A model generated the notes under the pieces. That model saw only the letters and a program-made list of their open reading frames with translations, ran no database searches and was not told where the DNA came from. The position numbers and the translations under genes were made by a program. From assembly GCA_965602045.1 (NCBI GenBank), contig CBFCXR010000003.1:1-46776 (forward strand): a stretch of DNA of 46,776 nt, written 5' to 3'. The stretch's first letter is position 1. The number at the start of each line of letters is the position of its first letter. Shown one piece after another: positions 1 to 8,599 of this stretch. This DNA is from an uncultured Bacteroidales bacterium. GTDB lineage: Bacteria; Bacteroidota; Bacteroidia; Bacteroidales; UBA10428.

Positions 1-947
1 TTCGTTCTTGCTCCACTAATTCCATCGCTTGGAGATTTTCCCTTACCCTGTAATTCTTCAACAATATTTTTAATCATATAATACTGAATATTTTCAGGAT
101 TTACAGGATTATATTTTGTTACATTATCCTTTATTGCCAGAATAATTGGCTTAAAACTAAATGTCGAAAAAGTTATTCTTCCTTTGGATCCAAGGATTTC
201 TATAGTATCAGCCTTATTCATTTTTTGTGCAATAAAACACCATGAACCGGAAGCTACGATACCTGATTCAAACTCCATACTAGCAGAAACCGTATCTTCT
301 GCATCATATAATCTTCCAGTATTTGAAAATTTTCCTGAGGCATCTTTAACAGGACCAAAAACGTAATCAAGGATATCAAATTGATGACAGGCCATATCAT
401 AAAAATATCCGCCTCCGGAGATCTCCGGAATAACTCTCCATGGAGGATTCTGAAAATTAAAGTCTTCTTCTCTTGGAGGACTCCACAATTTTATGTTAAT
501 AAAATAAATATCTCCAACTGATTCTTTATCAATAAGCTCCTTTACTTTTAAAAAATATGGTAAAGTTCTGCGATAATATGCAACAAATAATTGCACCTTC
601 TTTCCTGAAGCTACCTCATTCATTTTCAGGCAATCTTTATAGCTTGAAGCCATAGGTTTTTCAACATACACAGGCTTACCTGCATTCATTGCCCTTATTG
701 CATACTCAGCGTGAAACTTAGGAGGAGTTGCAATATAAATAGCATTAACTTCAGGATCATTTATTAATTTTTCAGCGTCATTGTACCACTTTGGTATATC
801 ATAATTTTTTGCATAGATTTTAGCTTTGGAGGCTGTTCTGCTCATCACAGCTGTAATTTTTGATCCCTTAACTTTATTAAAAGCGGGACCGCTTTTTTTC
901 CCGGTTACATCGCCACAACCTATAAAGCCCCATTTAATTTCTTTCAT
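1..947 (-). CDS. Gfo/Idh/MocA family oxidoreductase (3' end truncated by window edge)
   Basis: Not in the ORF track. Hand translation from ATG at 947: MKEIKWGFIGCGDVTGKKSGPAF...AIYIATPPKFHAEY...VYVEKPMA...GGGYFYDMACHQFD. Rossmann start, EKP and DxxxH motifs of the family; frame open to position 1. Confidence 0.9.
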   Translation of the reverse strand, partial: MKEIKWGFIGCGDVTGKKSGPAFNKVKGSKITAVMSRTASKAKIYAKNYDIPKWYNDAEKLINDPEVNAIYIATPPKFHAEYAIRAMNAGKPVYVEKPMASSYKDCLKMNEVASGKKVQLFVAYYRRTLPYFLKVKELIDKESVGDIYFINIKLWSPPREEDFNFQNPPWRVIPEISGGGYFYDMACHQFDILDYVFGPVKDASGKFSNTGRLYDAEDTVSASMEFESGIVASGSWCFIAQKMNKADTIEILGSKGRITFSTFSFKPIILAIKDNVTKYNPVNPENIQYYMIKNIVEELQGKGKSPSDGISGART

Positions 948-971
948 ACTATGCTTATTCTTATATATGCC

Positions 972-2243
972 TCACTTGTTAAATCTTTCTTTAGAAGCCC
1001 ATAGACCTAATGCAGGATTTGATATATAAAAAAACTCTTCTCCGTCAACAACATTAAAACCCTCATTTAATTTTTCAATATCATATTTTTTCATCATGGC
1101 ATCTAAATCAGCATACTGAAAATTCACACTTTCTATTTCCTCTTTTGATAAATGCCCCGTGCAATATATTATCCTGAAACGATTTTCAGATGAACCGTGA
1201 ATAAGATGCGCGGCAGCACTGAGGTTATTCTTTAGATCTTCATTTTGTTCAACGAGTTCCAGAATCTTCGGAGTATTTACATAACCATATTTACGAATCA
1301 ATCTGTCAATCTCCTTATCTTCACCAAATTCTTTTAATCCGGGAGCCAGAATAATCAATTCAGCGTCATCAGCCAGTGCCATTCTTGTACGGTAGATACT
1401 TTTGTTTCCAAGCCATGTACTCTTAAACTCCGCCGGGTTAAGATATACAACAGCTTTCTTTATTGGCTTTTCAAATATCTTAAAATTTACTTTTAAAGAA
1501 AGTTCAGCAGGTTTTATAAAGCATTCATCATCATCACCTACATATAAGCCTTTAACTTTCAATTTATTATCTTCGTCACTTGCGATTACTGTATGAACAT
1601 ATACAATTGGCAAATCTTTTGCAAATTTACTTGCTGCATAATTAAGAACCTGTCTGACGGGATTTATTGCCCGGCCCATTATCCTTTCCATACCATATAC
1701 AGCACCCATATAATGACTTTTGTTTATCGCTTCTGCTCCTCCTGTCCCGACCAGTATATTCTTGTTATAGTTAGCCATGCCTGTTACTTCATGAGGAACT
1801 ATCTGGCCTATAGATAATATTAAATCAAATTTTCCTTCAACCAGCAGCTTGTTAACCATTGCAGGCCATGAAAAATTGACCTTATTTTCGGAAATATTTC
1901 TTATGAAATCTGATGGTACTTCTCCAATTTTTACTACATCTTTCCTCCAGTCATGAATCCTGAACAAATTCCCGGGAATATCTCCGAACATATCACTTAT
2001 CTCATTTTCGTTCATGGGAAAATGAGTACCAAGTGCTGGCAGAATATCTGTGAGATTTGACTTATAATACTCCCATACAAATCTCGTTAAATCTCCTGCT
2101 CGTGAATGAACCCTGGTAATATCAGGAGGAACAACAAGGACTTTTTTCACTGAACCAATGGCTTCAAGTGATTTATACAATCCTTCTCTCAGATCTTCAG
2201 AATCTAACTCTGATGACTCGGAACCTTTTGCATATAATAACAT
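972..2243 (-). CDS. LarA/DUF2088 lactate racemase-family protein, probable sugar-acid (mannonate) 2-epimerase
   Basis: Motifs PPDITR, ALGTH, VPHEVTGMANYNKN and INKSH correspond to the LarA D/R, catalytic His, cofactor-linked Lys and Ni-binding His segments. Lies directly downstream of the mannonate oxidoreductase. Substrate is inferred from context. Confidence 0.8.
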   Translation of the reverse strand: MLLYAKGSESSELDSEDLREGLYKSLEAIGSVKKVLVVPPDITRVHSRAGDLTRFVWEYYKSNLTDILPALGTHFPMNENEISDMFGDIPGNLFRIHDWRKDVVKIGEVPSDFIRNISENKVNFSWPAMVNKLLVEGKFDLILSIGQIVPHEVTGMANYNKNILVGTGGAEAINKSHYMGAVYGMERIMGRAINPVRQVLNYAASKFAKDLPIVYVHTVIASDEDNKLKVKGLYVGDDDECFIKPAELSLKVNFKIFEKPIKKAVVYLNPAEFKSTWLGNKSIYRTRMALADDAELIILAPGLKEFGEDKEIDRLIRKYGYVNTPKILELVEQNEDLKNNLSAAAHLIHGSSENRFRIIYCTGHLSKEEIESVNFQYADLDAMMKKYDIEKLNEGFNVVDGEEFFYISNPALGLWASKERFNK

Positions 2244-2271
2244 ATCTGAAACCTTATTAAAATTTTATAAA

Positions 2272-3123
2272 CTATACTCCTCCAAAAGCGCTGTAACCTC
2301 CATCAATAGGAATTACAATTCCGGTTACAAATTTTGAAATATCAGATAATAAGTACAATACTGCACCAACCAGCTCATCAACTTCGCCGTATCTGGCCAT
2401 AGGAGTACTTGAAATTATTTTTTCTCCACGCGGAGTAGGTTTTCCGGTTTTTTCATCGATCAATAAAAATCTATTTTGATTTGTCAGAAAAAATCCGGGA
2501 GCAATAGCATTAACACGTATTCCGGTTTTTGCCATATGCACTGACAGCCACTCAGTAAAATTATTTACAGATGCTTTTGCAGCTGAATATGCCGGAATCT
2601 TTGTCAACGGTTTAAACGAATTCATTGAAGATATATTTAAAATAGATCCCTTGCCTTCTTTAAGCATATCCTTTGTGAATACCATTGTAGGTAATACTGT
2701 ACCTTTAAAATTCAGGTTGAATACCCAGTCGAAACCTTCCATTTGAAGTCCGTAAAAGGTTTTCTCCAATTCATTAAGGTTTTCCTTTTCAATATTCTCA
2801 ACTTGAGTAGTTGCTTTAGGAGAGTTACCTCCTGCCCCATTAATTAGAAAATCTATCTTGCCCAGTTCATTATTTATTTTAGCCTTTGCTTTTTCTAATG
2901 ATTCCAAATCTAAAACATCGGCAAAAAATCCCTTTGCCACCGTACCTGTTTCTTTTTGAATGTCAGCAGCCACACTGTGGGCCATATCTTCATTCTTATC
3001 TAAAATTGCTGTTTTTACACCAATATAACCCAGGCCTTTGGCAATAGAAGAGCATATTACACCTGCGCCACCTGTAATAACGCATACTTTATTATTCAGA
3101 TCCTCGAAAGAACTTCTTTTCAT
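2272..3123 (-). CDS. uxuB: D-mannonate oxidoreductase (fructuronate reductase), SDR family
   Basis: TGGAGVIC, NGAGGN, PAYSAAK, NAIAPGFFLTNQNR are typical of the SDR-type D-mannonate oxidoreductase; hexuronate context. Confidence 0.85.
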   Translation of the reverse strand: MKRSSFEDLNNKVCVITGGAGVICSSIAKGLGYIGVKTAILDKNEDMAHSVAADIQKETGTVAKGFFADVLDLESLEKAKAKINNELGKIDFLINGAGGNSPKATTQVENIEKENLNELEKTFYGLQMEGFDWVFNLNFKGTVLPTMVFTKDMLKEGKGSILNISSMNSFKPLTKIPAYSAAKASVNNFTEWLSVHMAKTGIRVNAIAPGFFLTNQNRFLLIDEKTGKPTPRGEKIISSTPMARYGEVDELVGAVLYLLSDISKFVTGIVIPIDGGYSAFGGV

Positions 3124-3135
3124 TATTGTATAATT

Positions 3136-4197
3136 TTAATGATTAATATAAAACTTATAATTATCTTTAGTAACAATGTCTATAGGCAAATGTTGTTCCT
3201 TTTTTACGGTCTTATTCAGAACAACATGATTAAAAAGTGTCATAATACCATTAAATCCCTGTTCAACCGGCTTCTGACTTATTAAAAAATCAATAATATT
3301 ATTATTAATATAATTAATGTTTTCCTCTATTAAGTCATATCCTATTAATACTAAAGGCTGAATTTTGTTTTTCTCGATGAACCTTGCAATTTTGTATACT
3401 TTTGAATTAGTAACAAATATCCCTTTAATATCCTTTGAGTTATTTAATATTTCTTTAAGTGAATTATTAACAGAATCCTTATCCGAATCTTTAATATGAT
3501 GAACAATAATATTATCACCGTTTTTGAGATTATCCCTGAAGAACGATTCAAATCCTTCCTGACGATTCATAATATGGTTATGATTATCGAAAGCCCTCGA
3601 AATATTTATTACTAATAATTTGGAACTTGCATTAACGCTATAATTCATTAATCGCGCAGCAAGATATCCACTCTGCTTTGAATCCTGTCCGACAAAGCTA
3701 AGTTTTCCCGGATCCCTGAAATTTGCGTTTATAAACACATAGGGTATTTTTGTATTATTACAGTGCTCTACTAATCTTTCTGTTTCGTTATCATAAAACG
3801 GTGCTATTAATAACGCATCAGGTTTATACCTCATTATTCTTTCTGTTTGCTCCTTAAAAGAGAATTCATCAAATTGATCAAATAGAAACTTTTTAATAAC
3901 AATATTATAATGAATTATTTCCTTAAGTGCTTTATTAACTCCTATCATAGGTTTTTTCCAAAACGAACTATCAGGATTTTCTTCGGGAAACAAAACAGCA
4001 AACTTATAAATCTTTCTTGTAGCCAATGTTCGGGCTACGATATCAGGTTCATAATGAGATTCCCTTATTATTCTCATTACTTTCTTACTGGTAGTATCAG
4101 ACACTTCACCTCTGTTATGAATTACTCTGTCAATCGTTCCAACTGAAACACCAGCCAATTCCGCAATATCTACAATCCTTATCTTCTTTAATTTCAA
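3136..4197 (-). CDS. LacI family transcriptional regulator (UxuR-like)
   Basis: N-terminal HTH IVDIAELAGVSVGTIDRVIHNRG followed by a periplasmic-binding-protein-like domain; TTG start; first gene of the uxuB operon. Confidence 0.9.
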   Translation of the reverse strand: MKLKKIRIVDIAELAGVSVGTIDRVIHNRGEVSDTTSKKVMRIIRESHYEPDIVARTLATRKIYKFAVLFPEENPDSSFWKKPMIGVNKALKEIIHYNIVIKKFLFDQFDEFSFKEQTERIMRYKPDALLIAPFYDNETERLVEHCNNTKIPYVFINANFRDPGKLSFVGQDSKQSGYLAARLMNYSVNASSKLLVINISRAFDNHNHIMNRQEGFESFFRDNLKNGDNIIVHHIKDSDKDSVNNSLKEILNNSKDIKGIFVTNSKVYKIARFIEKNKIQPLVLIGYDLIEENINYINNNIIDFLISQKPVEQGFNGIMTLFNHVVLNKTVKKEQHLPIDIVTKDNYKFYINH

Positions 4198-4248
4198 ACT
4201 TGTAATCTTTTGATCAGTAGTTATTTAATGTATTAATAACGAAATATT

Positions 4249-4262
4249 CGTGTACGTACACG
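4249..4262. promoter_or_regulatory. Perfect 14-bp palindrome CGTGTACGTACACG, probable LacI-family operator
   Basis: Exact inverted repeat with central CG, GC-rich in an AT-rich intergenic region, about 50 bp upstream of the LacI gene. Confidence 0.75.
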
Positions 4263-4275
4263 GTAAGATAATTAA

Positions 4276-4283
4276 CAAAAATA
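4276..4283 (-). promoter_or_regulatory. Bacteroidota -7 promoter element (TATTTTTG) for the LacI-uxuB-larA operon
   Basis: Matches TAnnTTTG on the minus strand just upstream of the palindrome; no clear -33 TTTG seen. Confidence 0.5.
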
Positions 4284-4427
4284 AAAAATAAATCTTTATA
4301 TAAAACATAAAGTGTTTAATTTTCTGAATCACACACAATTTCATCAAAATTTTATTCTGTCACAAGAAACCTCGCTGTGATTATTTCTATACTATTTCGT
4401 ACATTTATATTAAAATTATGTTATTCT

Positions 4428-4603
4428 ATGGTAACAAAAGATAAAGTACTTGAGACAATATAAAAGTCTGATACACCTTTAAGGACAGGTGATATTGCTA
4501 AATTATCAGGTGTGGATTAGAAAGATATTGAAAAGGCTATGCAGGTACTGAAAACCGAAGGGAAAATTTTTCTCCAAAAAGGTGTTTCTGGCAGGCAAAA
4601 TAA
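4428..4603 (+). pseudogene. Decayed small winged-HTH protein gene (about 58 codons)
   Basis: Reads MVTKDKVLETI*KSDTPLRTGDIAKLSGVD*KDIEKAMQVLKTEGKI, then after a 1-nt frameshift SPKRCFWQAK*. Stops at 4461-4463 (TAA) and 4518-4520 (TAG); frameshift in the T run 4567-4571. Resembles small HTH proteins ending in SPxRCxW. Confidence 0.7.
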
Positions 4604-4689
4604 ACTATTGGTATCAAATATTTTAAAAAGATATTTATTATCGCATAATTCAATCATTTTATGAATAATAAATAAAACTTAAGTACCTG

Positions 4690-5256
4690 ATGTATAGTGC
4701 TTATTGTAAAATATTGGGCATCCATGCTAATTCAAGTAGTGAAGAAATAAAACGCGCTTTCCGGCAAAAAGCCAAGCAACTTCATCCTGATATTAATCCT
4801 TCTCCTGATGCTCATTCAGAGTTTATTAAGACAAAGCAGGCATTTGAATTCATACAAAAATACAGGACATGCCAGGCATTATATCGCAGAAGAATGAGTT
4901 ATTACCGTGAGAGAGCAAGAACAAAACCTCAACATAGAAGTTATTACAGATATGAACAGGCAAGATATAGAATGTCAAAAGAATATAAGTGGAGAATCCA
5001 TTGTAATAAAAAAGCGGATATCGATTTTAAAGCTACATTGTTTGGTAAAGTTATTTTTATTTTCTTTCATCTGATGTTTCTTTTTGTCGGATTTTATTCT
5101 CTGCTTTATCCTTTAATACATACTATAAAATATGGAGTAGAATATGAAAAAACACTTGCCGGAACCATTGTAGCTGTAGTATGTGCCATGCTGTTCGGTT
5201 TGATAATGATTTCTATGATCACAATCTCCGGTTTAAATTTCAACTCTTCAAAATAA
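4690..5256 (+). CDS. J-domain (DnaJ-like) protein with two C-terminal transmembrane segments
   Basis: ILG...EEIKRAFRQKAKQLHPD J-domain with HPD motif, Arg/Tyr-rich linker, two hydrophobic stretches. Confidence 0.85.
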   Translation: MYSAYCKILGIHANSSSEEIKRAFRQKAKQLHPDINPSPDAHSEFIKTKQAFEFIQKYRTCQALYRRRMSYYRERARTKPQHRSYYRYEQARYRMSKEYKWRIHCNKKADIDFKATLFGKVIFIFFHLMFLFVGFYSLLYPLIHTIKYGVEYEKTLAGTIVAVVCAMLFGLIMISMITISGLNFNSSK

Positions 5257-5526
5257 CATTGGCTCAATATGACATCTGAACCGCATTATTTAACCAAAGT
5301 TACAATTCCGGTAAGCAGAACAGCAAGAGGTAGCATTTTATCTATTATAATGTTAATGCTCTTTTTATATTAAATCCGAAATGTATATCTACCATCCATT
5401 TGGCAAATATTTCTCAACAATCCTTTAATTTCAGATTAAACACGCCAAATTTGTTACTTAGCAATTATTATTAATTTTTTTTAAAGGAAATAATTATATT
5501 TAACCCCGAATTAAACAGTAATAAAT

Positions 5527-7161
5527 ATGAATAGTCTGGAATACAATAATATTAAGTTAAGGAAAATTTATGAAGTTGTTGAAGAATTAGGATTGGACAG
5601 GGATTCTATCCTACCCCACGGCCATTATATTGCTAAAGTTCCCATAATTCATCTTCAAAACAGAATAAATAATGAGGACGGTAATCTGATATTGGTAACT
5701 GCAATGACCCCTACACCTCAGGGAGAAGGAAAAACCACAACTACTATCGGACTGGGTGATGCTTTGCGTCAATCAGGTAAAAAAACGTCTATATGTTTAA
5801 GAGAGCCTTCACTTGGGCCCTATTTCGGTATTAAAGGAGGCGGAACAGGTGCCGGGGCTTCGCAGGTGATGCCTGCTGAAGACATTAACCTGCATTTTGT
5901 TGGCGATATGTATTCAGTAAGCAAATCAAATAATCTGTTATCTGCAATGATCGACAATCACTTACAACATGGAAATGAACTTGGAATCGATCCGAGAAGA
6001 ATTATTTGGAGACGGGTTATTGATTTAAATGACAGGGCATTAAGAGAAATATTTATAGGATTGGGAGGAGTTAAACACGGTGTACCCAGGCAGGACGGAT
6101 TCAATATAACCCCTGCATCTGAAGTTATGGCAATGCTTTGCCTGGCAAAAGATTTTAAGGATTTAGGCGAGAGATTAGCAAGAACAGTTGTTGCTTTTAC
6201 ATATAAGGGAGAACCAATACATGCAAAAGACATTCAAGCTGAAGGAGCAATGCAAATCCTGCTGCGTGATACAATTCATCCGAATATTGTTCAAACAATA
6301 GAAGGCACACCTGCATTTGTGCATGCCGGGCCGTTTGCTAATATAGCCCAGGGAACGAACAGTGCGATAGCAACAAAAATGGCACTTAAATTAAGCGATT
6401 ATGTGGTTACTGAAGCAGGTTTTGGAACCGATCTCGGTGCTGAGAAATTTTTTCATATAAAATGCAGAATCGCAGGGCTTAATCCTAATGCAGTGGTTAT
6501 TGTTGCTACTATTAAAGCGCTGAAACATCATGGCGGATTAACTAAGGATAAAGGCTTTAGCAATTTAGACAAACATGTTGAAAATATGAAACTTTTTGGG
6601 CTGGACCCTATTGTTGCAATTAACAAATTCGCAGACGATACAGATGAAGAACTGAGAAAAGTTGTGAGCTATTATGAAAAGCTGGGAACAAAGGCTGTAA
6701 TTGCAGATCATTTTAAAAATGGGGGAAAAGGCGCATTAGAGTTAGCTAAAGCTGTTATCGATACGATAGAAGCAAATAAAAATTTAAAAATTAATTATTT
6801 ATATCCACTTGAAATACCGGTAAAAGAAAAAATTGAGATCATTGCCAAAAAAATATATGGAGCTGATGGTGTGGATTATAATATGAAAGCCGAAACAGAC
6901 TTAAATCTCATTTCTAAACACGGATTTGATAATTTACCTGTATGTATAGCTAAAACACCCAAGTCATTATCAGATAATCCAAAACTGCTTGGCAGACCAA
7001 GAGGCTTCAGAATTACTGTTAACGAAGCCCGCATATCAGCCGGCGCGGGATTTATCGTAATAATCTGTGGAAATATAATGACTATGCCCGGTTTACCTAA
7101 ATTTCCGGCTGCAACAAGAATAAAAGTCTTGCCAGATGGTAGAGCAATAGGATTATCTTAA
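5527..7161 (+). CDS. fhs: Formate--tetrahydrofolate ligase
   Basis: TPTPQGEGKTTT, LREPSLGP, GPFANIA, TEAGFGTDLGAEKF, CIAKTP, MTMPGLP. Confidence 0.96.
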   Translation: MNSLEYNNIKLRKIYEVVEELGLDRDSILPHGHYIAKVPIIHLQNRINNEDGNLILVTAMTPTPQGEGKTTTTIGLGDALRQSGKKTSICLREPSLGPYFGIKGGGTGAGASQVMPAEDINLHFVGDMYSVSKSNNLLSAMIDNHLQHGNELGIDPRRIIWRRVIDLNDRALREIFIGLGGVKHGVPRQDGFNITPASEVMAMLCLAKDFKDLGERLARTVVAFTYKGEPIHAKDIQAEGAMQILLRDTIHPNIVQTIEGTPAFVHAGPFANIAQGTNSAIATKMALKLSDYVVTEAGFGTDLGAEKFFHIKCRIAGLNPNAVVIVATIKALKHHGGLTKDKGFSNLDKHVENMKLFGLDPIVAINKFADDTDEELRKVVSYYEKLGTKAVIADHFKNGGKGALELAKAVIDTIEANKNLKINYLYPLEIPVKEKIEIIAKKIYGADGVDYNMKAETDLNLISKHGFDNLPVCIAKTPKSLSDNPKLLGRPRGFRITVNEARISAGAGFIVIICGNIMTMPGLPKFPAATRIKVLPDGRAIGLS

Positions 7162-7170
7162 ACCAGGTTA

Positions 7171-8571
7171 CTAAAAATCAAAATAATTCTTCGCATTGTT
7201 ATAGCAAATATTTTCAACCATCTGACCTAATAGCTTCGGCTCGTATGGAAGAAGTCCTCCCTCCACATCATTCCCAATTAGGTTGCATAATATTCTTCTG
7301 AAATATTCATGACGGGGATAGGAAAGGAAACTTCTGGAATCAGTAAGCATACCAACGAACCTGCTTAAGAGTCCAAGATTTGAAAGCGAATTCATCTGTT
7401 TTTCCATCCCATCTTTTTGATCGAGAAACCACCAGCCCGAGCCAAACTGCATCTTACCTGCAACACTGCCATCCTGAAAATTGCCAATCATGGTAGCGAT
7501 AAGATCATTATCCCCGGGATTAAGATTATATATAATGGTTTTTGCTAATTTGTTTACTGTATCCAGCTTATCAAAAAATCTCGACATGGCTGTGCCAACC
7601 TTATAATCTCCTATAGAATCAAATCCTGTATCAGGCCCAAGTTGATTGAATAACCGCGTATTATTATTTCGCATCGCTCCGTAATGAAATTGCTGCACCC
7701 AGCCTTTTTCATGGTCCATAATACCAAATTCATGGAGCATTGCGGATTTAAACCTCGTAATTTCTTCTATGGAGAGGGAATTGCCGCTTCTTGCCTTATC
7801 AAATATCGAATTAATTTCAGAATCTGTATAATCTTCGGCATACAATGTTTCAATACCATGATCCGATAGTTTACAACCATTTTCAGCAAAGAAATCATGC
7901 CGCTTTCTCAGGGCTTGAAGTAAATGTTCATAGCTGGATATACTGATATTTGATACTTCGGCCAGTTTTTTTACATAGTTATTAAACAAATCCAAATTAT
8001 CAACCATCATAGCTTTATCCGGCCGCCATGCAGGTAATACTTTTATTTCAAAACCATCATTCTTAATTTTTATGTGGTGTTCCAAACTATCAACCGGATC
8101 ATCAGTAGTGCATACTACTTCAACCTTCATCATTCGCATAAGATTTCTCACTGAATAATTGTCCGATTTAAGCTTCTCAGCGGTTTCTTCATAAATTTCT
8201 TTAGCAGTCGAAGGATCGAGGATTTTATGAATTCCAAAATACCTTTGTAATTCCATGTGTGTCCAATGATACAAAGGATTTCTCAATGTATATGGAACAG
8301 TTTCAGCCCATTTTTCAAACTTTTCCCAGTCAGAGGCATCTCCGGTACAGAATCTTTCATCCACACCATTGGTACGCATTGCGCGCCATTTATAATGATC
8401 CCCGTAAAGCCAGATTTGTGTGATGTTGCTATATTTTTTATCTTCTGCTATTTCCTGGGGGATAAGATGACAATGGTAATCAATAATAGGCATTTCCTTA
8501 GCATGCTTATGAAATAAATACTCAGCAGTTTTTGTTTGCAGAACAAAATCTTTATCCATAAACTTTTTCAT
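7171..8571 (-). CDS. uxaC: Glucuronate (uronate) isomerase
   Basis: IIDYHCHL, GDHYKWRAMR, CTTDDP, GSGWWFLDQ, GMLTDSRSFLSYPRHEYFRR. Confidence 0.97.
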   Translation of the reverse strand: MKKFMDKDFVLQTKTAEYLFHKHAKEMPIIDYHCHLIPQEIAEDKKYSNITQIWLYGDHYKWRAMRTNGVDERFCTGDASDWEKFEKWAETVPYTLRNPLYHWTHMELQRYFGIHKILDPSTAKEIYEETAEKLKSDNYSVRNLMRMMKVEVVCTTDDPVDSLEHHIKIKNDGFEIKVLPAWRPDKAMMVDNLDLFNNYVKKLAEVSNISISSYEHLLQALRKRHDFFAENGCKLSDHGIETLYAEDYTDSEINSIFDKARSGNSLSIEEITRFKSAMLHEFGIMDHEKGWVQQFHYGAMRNNNTRLFNQLGPDTGFDSIGDYKVGTAMSRFFDKLDTVNKLAKTIIYNLNPGDNDLIATMIGNFQDGSVAGKMQFGSGWWFLDQKDGMEKQMNSLSNLGLLSRFVGMLTDSRSFLSYPRHEYFRRILCNLIGNDVEGGLLPYEPKLLGQMVENICYNNAKNYFDF

Positions 8572-8599
8572 ATTCTTAATTTTTTATGTTAAAAAATTA

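Noticed and set aside
184-1817. Short plus-strand ORFs (184-366, 826-1029, 1402-1596, 1593-1817)
   Set aside because: They overlap well-supported minus-strand genes and have no recognisable motifs. The same applies to the other 60-155 aa ORFs nested in or antisense to annotated genes across the window.
972-2243. Calling the gene larA (lactate racemase)
   Set aside because: Sequence around the catalytic His/Lys diverges from lactate racemases and the context is hexuronate catabolism; racemisation of lactate from deoxysugar breakdown is not excluded but less likely.
4428-4603. Stop-codon reassignment or readthrough as explanation for in-frame TAA/TAG
   Set aside because: Two different stops plus a frameshift, and other genes terminate normally at TAA, TAG and TGA.
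5257-5430. Possible minus-strand gene remnant (...KSINIIIDKMLPLAVLLTGIVTLVK*)
   Set aside because: Short hydrophobic peptide with no clear start and no family I can recognise.
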